A stretch of 64,000 bases of DNA, from contig CAWBKP010000012.1 in assembly GCA_963789395.1 (NCBI GenBank), forward strand, positions 128,001-192,000. Reading direction: 5' to 3'. This document shows, piece by piece, positions 9,460 to 20,074 of this stretch. How positions within the stretch are numbered: position 1 is the stretch's first letter; each line of letters begins with the position of its first letter. The position numbers were made by a program, and so were the translations under genes. The DNA comes from an uncultured delta proteobacterium (GTDB lineage: Bacteria > Desulfobacterota > Desulfobacteria > Desulfobacterales > Desulfatirhabdiaceae). Below the pieces are notes generated by a model, which saw only the letters and a list, made by a program, of their open reading frames with translations, had not been told where the DNA came from and ran no database searches.

Positions 9460-10887
9460 TCAACGGGTCAGGTCGATGATCTCCAGCCGGTTGTTGGCTT
9501 TGGGAAACTTGGACGACGGGCCTTCGGTGAGCAGGGCGAAATTTCCCGGCAGTTCGTGCGCCTGCAGCCAGTTTCTGGCATAAGTGTTCCAGTCGTCCGG
9601 GTGCTCGGATTCGTTTACCGGATGGACGCCCTGCGAAAACTGAAGCGACTGGCACGTTGAATTCAGCGAGCTGACGGCAATGGTCCAGACCGGCAGGCGG
9701 AATCCGGCAATTCTTCTGGCGGTTTCTCCGCCGTGGGTCGGCGTGAAAACAGCTGCCGGTTGCATATATTCCAGGCAGGTTTCCACACTCAACGCGATGA
9801 GATGCGCCGGCCGGAGTTTGCCGGCAAGATCGATTCCAGGGAAAAGTTCTTTTACCGTAACAGCAGGGCGACTGGGCTCCACGGCCGCCGCGATTTTAGC
9901 CAGTGTTTCCACCGCATCCACGGGATATTTCCCCATTGCGGATTCTCCCGAAAGCATGACGCAGTCGGTTCCGTCAAGGATGGCGTTTGATACGTCCGTG
10001 GCCTCGGCCCGGGTGGGGCGGCGGTTATCCGTCATGGACTCCAGCATCTGGGTGGCGGTGATAACCGGTTTTGCCAGTCTGTTGGCAAGGCGCATCAGTT
10101 TTTTTTGCACTACGGCAATCTGTTCGAAGGGAACCTCGACACCCAGGTCCCCCCGTGCGATCATGATTCCGTCCGCAGCCGCCATGATTTCATCGATATG
10201 CTCGAGCGCTCCGGAGCGCTCGATCTTGGCGATGATAAAAGGAGAATATCCCAAATCTCCGGCAGCCTTGCGCACGGCCTCGATATCTGCGGCCCGCTCG
10301 ACAAAGGACTGGCTAACGGCGTCCACGCCGTTCTCAAGGGCGAACTTCAGGCATTGGTGATCCCAGTCGGTGAACGCGCTGATGCCAAGATCGATATCCG
10401 GAAGGTTCAGGCCCTTTCGGGAGCGCAGCTCGCCGCCCACCCTCACCTTGCAGTGCACATCGACAGCTGTGGTTCCAACGACTTCAAGCTGAATGTATCC
10501 GTCATTTAAAAACAGGGTATCTCCCGGCTTCACGGCCTGCGGCAGACGGCTGAAGGAAACCGAAACCCCGCTGACATCGCCCATGATCTCGTCCGTGGTC
10601 AGGGTGAACATCTCGCCAGCCTTTAATTCAATGGGCTCATCGGCGATCATTCCGATGCGCATTTTCGGGCCGGAAAGATCCGCCAGAAGGGCCAGGCGGC
10701 GCCCTGTCCGGAGTGATGCCGCACGAAGGTTTTCGATGATGGCCTTGTGTGCCGTAAAATCTCCGTGGGAGAAATTGAGCCGGGCGATGTTCATTCCGGC
10801 AAGCAGCATGCGTTCCATCACTTCGGGGGATTGGGACGCCGGGCCGATCGTACAGACGATTTTGGTTTTGTGGGTCGGAAGTTGCAT
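9460..10887 (-). CDS. pyk: pyruvate kinase
   Basis: KTKIVCTIGPAS, IIAKIE, MIARGDLG and ATQMLESM motifs. Confidence 0.97.
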   Translation of the reverse strand: MQLPTHKTKIVCTIGPASQSPEVMERMLLAGMNIARLNFSHGDFTAHKAIIENLRAASLRTGRRLALLADLSGPKMRIGMIADEPIELKAGEMFTLTTDEIMGDVSGVSVSFSRLPQAVKPGDTLFLNDGYIQLEVVGTTAVDVHCKVRVGGELRSRKGLNLPDIDLGISAFTDWDHQCLKFALENGVDAVSQSFVERAADIEAVRKAAGDLGYSPFIIAKIERSGALEHIDEIMAAADGIMIARGDLGVEVPFEQIAVVQKKLMRLANRLAKPVITATQMLESMTDNRRPTRAEATDVSNAILDGTDCVMLSGESAMGKYPVDAVETLAKIAAAVEPSRPAVTVKELFPGIDLAGKLRPAHLIALSVETCLEYMQPAAVFTPTHGGETARRIAGFRLPVWTIAVSSLNSTCQSLQFSQGVHPVNESEHPDDWNTYARNWLQAHELPGNFALLTEGPSSKFPKANNRLEIIDLTR

Positions 10888-10967
10888 ATCTGTCCTCTTA
10901 AGCGGGAAGTTTGATGGATTCACAAATGAACATGCACTATTGTCATGTTCGCTTATGAGTTCCTTCG

Positions 10968-12608
10968 TTATTGTAGCGATCGTGTGACGATTTTCTGTGC
11001 CGCTTCCAGAATGGCGTCCAGATGCGCCTGGCTCTTGAAGCTTTCCGCATAGAGTTTGTAAATGTTTTCCGTTCCGGACGGCCGAGCCGCAAACCATCCC
11101 TGCCGGGTCACAACCTTGAGTCCGTCAATGGGGGCATCATTTCCCGGTGCGCGCGTCAGTTTGGCGACAATGGGCTCTCCGGCCAGTTCCGTTGCCGTCA
11201 CGACTTCGGGGGTCAATTTCTTGAGAGCGGCTTTCTGAGATGGCGTGGCCGGGGCATCGATGCGTGTGTAATAGGGCGTTCCGTGCCTTTTTGTGAGATC
11301 AAGATAATATTCTCCCGGATCTTTTTCGGTCCGGGCGGTGATTTCCGCGCTCAGCAGGCCAAGGATCAGCCCGTCTTTATCGGTCGTCCATACCCGGCCG
11401 TCTTTTTGGAGAAAACTGGCGCCGGCGCTCTCTTCCCCGCCGAAACAGCAGGAGCCGTCAAATAACCCTTTAGAGAACCATTTGAAGCCGACCGGAGCTT
11501 CGAACAGCCGCCGTCCCAGTTCATTCGCCACCCGGTCGATGAGGCCGCTGCTGACCAGGGTCTTGCCGACCATGGCTTCAGCGGACCACAGCGGGCGATG
11601 CTTGATCAGATAATGAATGGCCACGGCCAGATAGTGGTTGGGGTTCATCAGCCCCGCGGACCGGGTGACGATCCCGTGGCGATCCGCGTCCGGGTCATTG
11701 GCAAAGGCGATCTGATACTGGTCCTTGAGAGCGACCAGACCTGCCATGGCATAGGGGCTGGAGCAGTCCATGCGGATCCTGCCGTCGTGATCGACGCGCA
11801 TGAATGAAAAAGTCGGGTCCACTTTTTTATTCACGACGGTGATATCCACGTGGTACATGTCACGGATCGGCTCCCAGTAAGGCCAGGCAGAACCGCCGAG
11901 GGGATCCACGGCGATCTTGATACCGGCTGCCCGGATGGCCTCCATGTCGATGACGTTTTGAAGGTCCTTCACGTAGGGAAGGATAAGGTCCTGCGGGTGG
12001 GTGGTGCTTGCCTTCATGGCCGCGGCAAACGGCAGGCGCCTGATGCCGACATTGCTTTTTCGCATCAGCTCGTTGGCCCGGTCCTGAATCCATTTTGTCA
12101 CATCGGTATCGGCCGGACCCCCGTTTGGCGGGTTGTACTTGAAGCCGCCGTCCTCCGGGGGGTTGTGTGACGGTGTCACGACGATGCCGTCTGCAGGGTG
12201 GTTGCTGCGGTCGCGGTTATAGACAAGAATGGCCCGCGAGATGACCGGTGTCGGCGTGACCCCGTCGTTTTCCTGAAGGATGGTTTCCACGCCGTTTCCC
12301 GCCAGAACTTCGATTGCGGTTCGCTGGGCGGGTCCGGAGAGCGCATGCGTATCCTTTCCCATATAAAGCGGGCCGTCGATGTCCCGGCGCTTGCGGAAGT
12401 CGCAGATGGCCTGTGTGACGGCCAGAATGTGCGCTTCGGTAAACGTGCCGTGGATGGGCGAGCCGCGATGCCCGCTGGTGCCGAAACTGACCAGTTGATC
12501 GGGATCATTCGTATCCGGCTTTCGATCATAATACTCCCGCTCGATTCGGGCCGGGTCGATCAGCATCTCAGGAGGGGCCGGTTTGCCGGCAAGGGGGGAA
12601 ATCGCCAT
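10968..12608 (-). CDS. pgm: phosphoglucomutase (alpha-D-glucose-1,6-bisphosphate dependent)
   Basis: [29 protein letters not shown] and ARPSGTE motifs. Confidence 0.97.
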   Translation of the reverse strand: MAISPLAGKPAPPEMLIDPARIEREYYDRKPDTNDPDQLVSFGTSGHRGSPIHGTFTEAHILAVTQAICDFRKRRDIDGPLYMGKDTHALSGPAQRTAIEVLAGNGVETILQENDGVTPTPVISRAILVYNRDRSNHPADGIVVTPSHNPPEDGGFKYNPPNGGPADTDVTKWIQDRANELMRKSNVGIRRLPFAAAMKASTTHPQDLILPYVKDLQNVIDMEAIRAAGIKIAVDPLGGSAWPYWEPIRDMYHVDITVVNKKVDPTFSFMRVDHDGRIRMDCSSPYAMAGLVALKDQYQIAFANDPDADRHGIVTRSAGLMNPNHYLAVAIHYLIKHRPLWSAEAMVGKTLVSSGLIDRVANELGRRLFEAPVGFKWFSKGLFDGSCCFGGEESAGASFLQKDGRVWTTDKDGLILGLLSAEITARTEKDPGEYYLDLTKRHGTPYYTRIDAPATPSQKAALKKLTPEVVTATELAGEPIVAKLTRAPGNDAPIDGLKVVTRQGWFAARPSGTENIYKLYAESFKSQAHLDAILEAAQKIVTRSLQ

Positions 12609-12813
12609 GCGTCATTTTCCTTATCAAGATCAAATTGTTTCTAAGCCAGTGTTCGTCCGGAAGAAGCGGCCATGTGTCGGTCACCTGCGTCTGCCGCCTC
12701 TTTCCCGAAGTATTACCATAGGTGTCAGGTGTTTGCAAACATGAAACCATTGTATCTTTTGCTGGGGTGGGGTATGGAGAAACAGTCAAAAAAAACAACC
12801 TCGGAGGAAAGCC

Positions 12814-13623
12814 ATGGATTTTAATGACAAGCGAATTCTGGGCAGAACCGGACTCTCTGCAGGGCGGTTGGGTGTTGCCTGCAGTTACGGTGCGCCCACC
12901 GAGGCGTTTGAGGAAGCGTTTGATCGTGGTGTGAATTATTTCTACTGGGGCTCGATGCGAAAATCTGCCATGGCGCGGGCCATCCGGAACATTATTGCAA
13001 AGGGAAAACGCGACAAGTTGATCATTGTGATTCAAAGCTATTCGCGCTCAGCCGGCCTGATGGATGCTTTTTATCGTCAGGGCCTGAAGAGGCTGGGCAT
13101 CGAAACCGCCGATGTGCTGCTGCTTGGCTGGCATAACCAGCTGCCATCCCCCCGGATTCTGGATCAGGCAGAGGCCATGCGAAAAAACGGCCTGTTCCGG
13201 TATCTTGCCCTGTCCGGCCATAACCGGCTTCTGTTTCCCGACCTGGCCAAAGATCCCCGCTTCGATATTCTCCACATCCGGTACAATGCTGCGCATCGGG
13301 GTGCAGAAAATGAGGTGTTTTCACAGCTTGATACTGGCAACCGGCCGGCACTGGTCACTTACACGGCCACCCGATGGGGAGATCTGATGAAACCCGGCAA
13401 AATGCCGCCAGGAGAGGCTCCCCTGAGTGCTTCGGAGTGCTACCGCTTCGTTTTGTCAAATCCGAACGTGGATATCTGCATGACGGGGCCGGGCAGCGTC
13501 GCACAGATGCGCGGGGCACTGACTGCCCTGGAACAGGGTCCCCTGAGCACCGAGGAAAAGCAGCGGGTGCAGCGCATCGGTGATTATGTGCGTGACAATA
13601 ACCGGCGGATGTTTTTTGGCTGA
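12814..13623 (+). CDS. aldo/keto reductase family protein
   Basis: LGRTGL N-terminus, HIRYNAAHRGAE, RFVLSNPNV; RBS GGAGG. Confidence 0.8.
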   Translation: MDFNDKRILGRTGLSAGRLGVACSYGAPTEAFEEAFDRGVNYFYWGSMRKSAMARAIRNIIAKGKRDKLIIVIQSYSRSAGLMDAFYRQGLKRLGIETADVLLLGWHNQLPSPRILDQAEAMRKNGLFRYLALSGHNRLLFPDLAKDPRFDILHIRYNAAHRGAENEVFSQLDTGNRPALVTYTATRWGDLMKPGKMPPGEAPLSASECYRFVLSNPNVDICMTGPGSVAQMRGALTALEQGPLSTEEKQRVQRIGDYVRDNNRRMFFG

Positions 13624-13719
13624 GTGATCAGGCATCGAGCATTAATGGTCATGATGCACCCGAACCGTACCGGAGACGGAAATCTTTATTGATCTCATTT
13701 CCGGGAGGGATCGCTCTGA

Positions 13720-15852
13720 TTATTTTTTCAAAATGATTCTAGCATCAACGACATCCAGTCCCTCCTCATAAAGCATGACCGGATTGAGATCCATTTCTTC
13801 AATTTCAGGGTATGATTCAATGAGCTCCGAGCAAATTAACAAGAGCTTACGCAATGATTTCTTGTCATATCCTTTCTGACCCCTTACCCCGTTTAAAATT
13901 ACGGAAGAGCGGGTGGATTCTATCATTTTTTTACAGGAGGTCGGGGAAACCGGCAATACCCAGAATGTCACATCTTTCATGATTTCAACCATGATACCGC
14001 CGAGCCCGTACATGATCACCGGGCCGAACTGTTCATCTATCTTGGTTCCGATAATGATTTCAAGGCCTTTTTGCGCCATGGGTGCAACCAGCACGCCCCT
14101 GATGTCCGCATCCGGGTTATACGCCATGGCATTATCAACGATCTCCCGGTATCCCTTTCTAATCTCGCTTTCAGAACCCAGATTCAACCTGACCCCGCCG
14201 GCGTCGCTTTTATGAAGGATATCCGGTGAGACAATTTTTAACACAACATTTCCTTTGATGTTGCGTGCAAGTTGCCATGTCTCATCTTCGGTTATGGCAA
14301 CCTGGCCTATCGAAGTCGGTGCGCCATGGAGCTTGATCAGCTGTTTTGCTTCATGCTCCAAAAGCACATGGCGGCCTTCTTTTCCGGCATTTTCAATAAT
14401 CTGCACCCCTTCTGTTTTTGCCTTGGCGCGCCAGTCAAAAACAAAATTGGTTATGGCATGGTAGGATTTCAAATAATTGCCGTATTTGCAGAGCGATGCC
14501 ACACATTTGCAGGATATATCCAGGGAATCATGAACCGGGATATGATAATGCCGCAAAAGATCCAGGGCGTGAGACTCATACGAACTGTAAAGGGAGTGCA
14601 CCACAATCGGCTTGTTTCCCTTTTTTACCATCGCACCGAACCGATGGGCCGCCGCCTCTTCTCCGATAGCAAGACTTTCGTCAAAGCGTATCCCGTATCC
14701 GCCGAAAAGACCGACAACCAGAAGGCCGCCCACATTTGGATCATTTAAAATGATTTTGGCGCAATCCGCAAACACGCTGGGATCGGCATCCGTACCGCCT
14801 GCCACATCAACAGGGTTTACGACAGATGCGGCTTCGGGCAGGATTTTTCTTAAATTTTCTTTTGTTTTATCAGACAACTCAGGCAGATCGATGCCATAAT
14901 CCGTCAGGATGTCAGCCCCGATTGTGGCATGTCCCCCGCCATCGGCAAGAATGGCAATGGAATTATTCTTGATAGGCGGCTGGCTGGAAAGGGTCGTTGC
15001 GACCGGGAAAAGTTCATCCGAGTTTTCAATCACGATGATCCCGGTCCGTCCATAAGCCAATTTCGCCACTTCACTCATCCCTGCAAGAGAACCCGTATGG
15101 GATCCGGCCGATTTTTTACCCTTGGCTGATCTGCCGCTTTTTAAAAGGATAATCGGTTTTATAATGCTTGTTTTATATGCTTCCTGGAGAAATTTTCGTC
15201 CCTCGCTCATTCCCTCGACATATATCAGGATGGATTTCGTGTCCGGATCATTTCTGAAAAATTCAAGATACTCATGGAACTTGATATCCGCTTCATTACC
15301 CACGCCGACATAGTAGGTAAATCCCTCCTGTTTGCGGATGGAGGCTTCTGTTATGAGCGTAAGTGCCATGTTGCCGCTCTGGCAGAGCAATGCAATGTCC
15401 CCTTTGGGAGCATTCTGGATTCCCACAAGATTCATATTGGTTTTGAGGTTGATCATCCCCGATGTATTGGGGCCGATCAACCTGACACCCGTCTCTCTTG
15501 CAGCGGTTATAACTTCCTGCTCAAGCTCCTTTCCCTTGACGCCCAGCTCCCTGAAACCACCGGCAATGATGATGGCGCCTGCAATATTTTTTTTACCGCA
15601 TTTTCTTAAAATACCCGGGATTGTCCGGGCGGGCGTTGTAATCAGGGCAAGATCCACAGGTCCTTCAATTTCAGTGATATCTTTATAGCACGGAATCCCG
15701 AGAATCATATCTTCTTTTGGGTTTACCGGATAAATCTGTCCTTCAAAACCGTCTGCCAGAAGGGTTTTTATGGCCTGGAATCCCCGTTTTGTTTTAATTT
15801 TTGATGCGCCGATGACGGCAACCGATTTGGCATTGAGCACTTTATCCAACAT
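13720..15852 (-). CDS. ADP-forming acyl-CoA synthetase (acetate-CoA ligase family, fused alpha/beta)
   Basis: SVAVIGAS, GPNTSG, SAGSHTGSLAG (phospho-His), HKSDAGGV and DLNPV motifs. Confidence 0.92.
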   Translation of the reverse strand: MLDKVLNAKSVAVIGASKIKTKRGFQAIKTLLADGFEGQIYPVNPKEDMILGIPCYKDITEIEGPVDLALITTPARTIPGILRKCGKKNIAGAIIIAGGFRELGVKGKELEQEVITAARETGVRLIGPNTSGMINLKTNMNLVGIQNAPKGDIALLCQSGNMALTLITEASIRKQEGFTYYVGVGNEADIKFHEYLEFFRNDPDTKSILIYVEGMSEGRKFLQEAYKTSIIKPIILLKSGRSAKGKKSAGSHTGSLAGMSEVAKLAYGRTGIIVIENSDELFPVATTLSSQPPIKNNSIAILADGGGHATIGADILTDYGIDLPELSDKTKENLRKILPEAASVVNPVDVAGGTDADPSVFADCAKIILNDPNVGGLLVVGLFGGYGIRFDESLAIGEEAAAHRFGAMVKKGNKPIVVHSLYSSYESHALDLLRHYHIPVHDSLDISCKCVASLCKYGNYLKSYHAITNFVFDWRAKAKTEGVQIIENAGKEGRHVLLEHEAKQLIKLHGAPTSIGQVAITEDETWQLARNIKGNVVLKIVSPDILHKSDAGGVRLNLGSESEIRKGYREIVDNAMAYNPDADIRGVLVAPMAQKGLEIIIGTKIDEQFGPVIMYGLGGIMVEIMKDVTFWVLPVSPTSCKKMIESTRSSVILNGVRGQKGYDKKSLRKLLLICSELIESYPEIEEMDLNPVMLYEEGLDVVDARIILKK

Positions 15853-15867
15853 GATAGTTTCCTTTGG

Positions 15868-16641
15868 TTATTTTTTTCGCTGCTCAAAATTATCTAAAGA
15901 CGCTTCCCGTTCCTTTGTTGAAACACAGGCAAGACAGGCTTCAATCTCGTAATCCATGAGCGCTTCAAGGCTGCACTCGCCCTGTGCCATGAGAAAGCCC
16001 TTTTTGATGAGTTTCAAGGAAAATGACGAGTTGGCGACAATCTTGTTCGCCATGAGAAAAGCTTCATCCATCAACGTATCCAAAGGAACCGCTTTGTTGA
16101 CCAGGCCAATCCTTTCTGCCTCCTCTCCGGTAATATTTTCCGCGGTAAAAAGAAGTTCTCTTGCCTTTCCCGGGCCGACCAGGTCCTGAACCAGACGGAA
16201 CGCACCGCCGGTGACAGAGGATGTTACCCTTGCTTCAGGGGAGCCGATAAGGGCGTCTTGGGCCGCAATCCGGATATCACAGGCCAAAGCCAGTTCATAC
16301 CCAGATCCCAGCGCATACCCATTAATGGCTGCAATGGTGGGCTTTTCAAACCGTATGATCTTTCTGGATGCTTCCTGCAGGGATTCAAGGTATATTCTAT
16401 AGTCTTCGATGCTTCTGCCCTTTGAATCCTTGAGATCCGCACCGGCGGAAAATGCTCTGCCTTCACCGGTGATAATCAGCGCCTTGATATCATCGTCCTG
16501 CTTTATGTTCTCAAGGGCATCCTGCATCTCAATCCAAAGCTGACGGTTCATGGCATTGAGCACCCTGGGCCTGTTCAGCTTTATCAGGCCGATCTTGCCT
16601 TCTTTTTTATAAATAATACATTCATAGTCCATTGGATTCAC
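15868..16641 (-). CDS. enoyl-CoA hydratase/isomerase family protein
   Basis: LNRPRVLNA, AFSAGADL and GYALGSGYELALACD motifs. Confidence 0.93.
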   Translation of the reverse strand: MNPMDYECIIYKKEGKIGLIKLNRPRVLNAMNRQLWIEMQDALENIKQDDDIKALIITGEGRAFSAGADLKDSKGRSIEDYRIYLESLQEASRKIIRFEKPTIAAINGYALGSGYELALACDIRIAAQDALIGSPEARVTSSVTGGAFRLVQDLVGPGKARELLFTAENITGEEAERIGLVNKAVPLDTLMDEAFLMANKIVANSSFSLKLIKKGFLMAQGECSLEALMDYEIEACLACVSTKEREASLDNFEQRKK

Positions 16642-16720
16642 CTTTTCAAAAATGATATGGGTTCACCGTCCATATTCCCTTGACCGCATCAAGATTAAAC
16701 TTTTACAAAGCCATCGATGG

Positions 16721-18050
16721 CTATTCGTAGTCTGCTTCCAATGCGTCGGTGCTTAAAATCGTTTCAAGTTCATCCGAGAAGAAAAATTTTTCTTCCCCGA
16801 AAGCCGGCTGCAAGTCACTGTACCAGGTCGCATATTCATCATACTGTTGCAAAAAACGGACGTGCGGCCCAATCGGGATTTCTCCCCTGGATCATTCTGA
16901 ATGTCAGGACTTTTTCACCTTTCACCTCGGCAACCCCGAGCATCTGAACTTTGCCGGGAAGGCATGACATGCTGGGCCCGCGCAGCGTTCTGCAGATGCC
17001 GCTGACCGATTGGTAGGTTTGCCTGAAAATATTCCAGGCTTCGATAATTGGAATGGAAAAATAATGTTTGGCGCCCGTATTTCTGGCAATGAACATGTAA
17101 TAGGGGATGCACCCCAGGGCAACCTGCTTTCTGAGCATATCCGCCCAGACTGCTGCGGAGTCGTTGATGTGTTTCAGAACCGGGGATTGCGTTCGAATCA
17201 CTGCCCCGGTCTTTAAAATCCGCTTGATCGCCCTTGCAACCGCAGGGCCTTTCAATTCCGCAGGATGATTAAAGTGGGCCATAATCGCCAGATGCTTTCC
17301 AGCCCGCCTGACCTCTTCAAACAACAGCAGCAGGTCATCGGCATCATCATCGGTTATGAATCGATACGGCCAGTAAGCCAGGGATTTGGTTCCGATCCGG
17401 ATATGTCTCAGGTTCGGTAGACGGGCCTGCAGCAATGCGCGGATGTATGTTGCCAGATGCGTTGTTTTCATGATCATCGGATCGCCGCCGGTAAACAGCA
17501 CATCGGTGACTTCCTGATGCTCTCTGACATATTTCACCAGAAGTTCGGCTTCCCTGGATGCAAACTTCAAATCTTCCATTCCGACAAACTGGGGCCATCG
17601 AAAACAAAACGTACAGTATGCATGGCAGGTCTGACCCTGACTGGGGAAGAACAGAACGGTTTCTCTGTATTTGTGCTGCATACCGTAAAGTTTTTCGCCG
17701 TCTACCATGGGAACGTTGTATTCGAGTTGCCCCGCGGGATGCGGATTTAATTTCAGCCTGATTTTATTGGCGGCTTCCTTTATCTCCGCTTTACTTGCAT
17801 GGCGGTCTAAGACGGACTTCATCTTGTCGTAATGCTCGGGAATCAGCATGTCCTTTTGCGGAAAGGTGAGCTTGAACATCGGATCATCCGGAATATTGTT
17901 CCAATCAATCAGATTTTTGATAACATAATTGTTTGTTTTAAAGGGAAGAACAGATCCGACAATTTCTATCGCTTCAATAATTTCGGGAGAAACTGCCTGT
18001 AGTTGGGGAATGTTTCTAAAATTATGAAGCATATACGGTGAATACTTCAA
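16721..18050 (-). CDS. KamA-family radical SAM aminomutase, +1 frameshift near 16848
   Basis: HKYRETVLF, CHAYCTFC (CxxxCxxC), LFTGGDP, HFNHP, PYYMF and RGPSMSCLPGK; the C-terminus continues in another frame (QYDEYATWYSDLQPAFGEEKFFF...) to TAG at 16721. Confidence 0.88.
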
Positions 18051-18091
18051 TCGACACCTTCTTTCTGGTTTGTTTCATTGTTAATAAATAG

Positions 18092-19547
18092 CACTACTTC
18101 GACATATGTCGCTGTAAAATCGTATTCGGATGATCAGTAAATTCGCTTACCGGTGACGGGCATCGAACGATATCATGTAAGGAGTAAAATTTTGGGCTTT
18201 CAGGAGAAAAATGCTTTCCCCAGAGCAGATCCGGCCGGACGCCACTGGCTCCAGATTGTCAGATTCATCTGTTCTTTTTCCTGCAGACGCAGAAGCGTGA
18301 GATATCCATAAGCCAGGAAAACCAAGAAGGACATGGCGATGCCATCCTGTCCATGATCGGCCTTCATGGTGATCCATGCCGAGGTTCTGCTTGAGTTGCT
18401 GATAGCCATGCTCTGCCAGGTGACGTTTCATGGTAAGACGCGCAAGATCAATCGTCGGAATGTGTTGTGGCATGTTGCTGAAAAAGTAGCGCAGTTCATG
18501 TTCGCCATCTGTCAATTGGCGGCGCTCAATCAGCAGCCAGACCTGTTCGTGCAGATTTCCTTGTCGCCAGCCGTGAGCCGGCCATACCTTGAGAGATACG
18601 GCTTCAACCAGCAACGGCTTGTCACGGGAATCGCGCCTTAACTCCAGACGTTGCCAGGCATCATCGGCAATGCTTTCACCCAGCGCCGAGAGCATGACCG
18701 GTTCCGTATTTACAGCGACGATAGCTGGGACGGGTGTGAGGACGCCCCCGTTTCTGCTCTTTGACAGGTCCAATCTCAAGAACCGGGGCTTCCATAAAAA
18801 CTTGGGTGCTGGAGTAGACGCCCAGGATGAAGCTCTCGCCGTGCGAGTCGAGTTCTTGACGGAACTCAGGTATGTTGCCATACCAACCATCGGCAAGCAC
18901 TGCCCTGTGAGGGACATGATCTTTTCTTGCCAGATCAACAAAATCAAGGGCAATGCGCCACTTCGGCCTGTAATGGGCGGATTCCGGCATCCTTGTCTTT
19001 TTACGCTTTGCGTTGCAATCATCATTGTCGGCCTGGTCCCATGACTCCGGAATGAAAAGCTCCATCGCATAAGGCCAGGCAACATCGCGACCGACATATG
19101 TCATGCTGACACCAATCTGGCAGTTGTCGGTCTTTCCGGAAGCGCCGCAGTACTGACGGGCAACACAAGCACTATCGCGCCCCTTTTTTGGAAACCCGGT
19201 GTCGTCAAGAACCAGAATGCCTAAAGGGTCGGCAGTGGCGGACAGCATGATGCGCCGGTATTGGGCAGCAACCCCCTGGTCATCCCATTTGACATCACTG
19301 AGCAAACGCTGCATGCTTCGCTCAGAGGCATTCACCTTCTCCGACATGGGCTCAACTGACTTGCGCTCTCCATCCATGAGAAGCCCGGTTACATAGTTTT
19401 CAGCCAGTTCACGGCTTTCAGCACCGATTAAAGTAGCCGAGAAAACGGCTTCATGTACTCATCAATGCCTGGATATAATATCTCTTTCGTCATTATGAAA
19501 AATTATCACGTTTACGCTTTTAAGACAAATTAATTGTCGGAGTAGTA
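18092..19547 (-). mobile_element. IS701-family insertion sequence, transposase broken by several frameshifts
   Basis: ERKSVEPM, VLDDTGFPKKG, VARQYCG, DNCQ, LADGWYG and LGMDHHEGRSWTGWHRH; imperfect terminal IRs CACTACTTCGACA (18092) and TGTCGGAGTAGTA (19535-19547). Confidence 0.9.
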
Positions 19548-19612
19548 ACTGGTGAATTGCAAGATGCGTTTGAGGATGCTTCTCTGATTAGCAGCAAAAC
19601 ATTGATTCGGAC

Positions 19613-20074
19613 TTATTGCGAAAGTGCGACGATAAATTCAAACTCATTTCGGGTCACCGGCTGAATCGACAGGCGCATTCCTTTTTTGAGAAGCAGCATT
19701 CCGGCAAGTTCCGGAAATCGGCGCAATCCGGCCAGGGGCAGCGGGGCGTTGAATTTGCTTTCAAACCGGATATCCACCATATACCAGATCGGGTTGTCCG
19801 GCGTACTCTTGGGATCGAAGTGTCCGCTTTTCGGGTCCCATGCTGTGGCGTCCGGATAACCTTTTCTAACCACGGTGGCCGTGCCGACAATCGCAGGCAT
19901 TTTGCCGCTGTGGTAAAACAGAACGCGATCGCCTTTCCGGATTTCGTCACGCAGAAAATTTCTTGCCTGGTAATTGCGCACGCCATCCCAGTGATCGGTC
20001 TGGTCCGGACGTGCCATCAAATCATCGATCGAAAACGTTGTCGGCTCGGATTTCATCAACCAGTATTTCATCAT
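19613..20074 (-). CDS. EVE domain protein
   Basis: YWLMKSEP, WDGVRNYQARN, FYHS and RLSIQPV motifs. Confidence 0.95.
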   Translation of the reverse strand: MMKYWLMKSEPTTFSIDDLMARPDQTDHWDGVRNYQARNFLRDEIRKGDRVLFYHSGKMPAIVGTATVVRKGYPDATAWDPKSGHFDPKSTPDNPIWYMVDIRFESKFNAPLPLAGLRRFPELAGMLLLKKGMRLSIQPVTRNEFEFIVALSQ

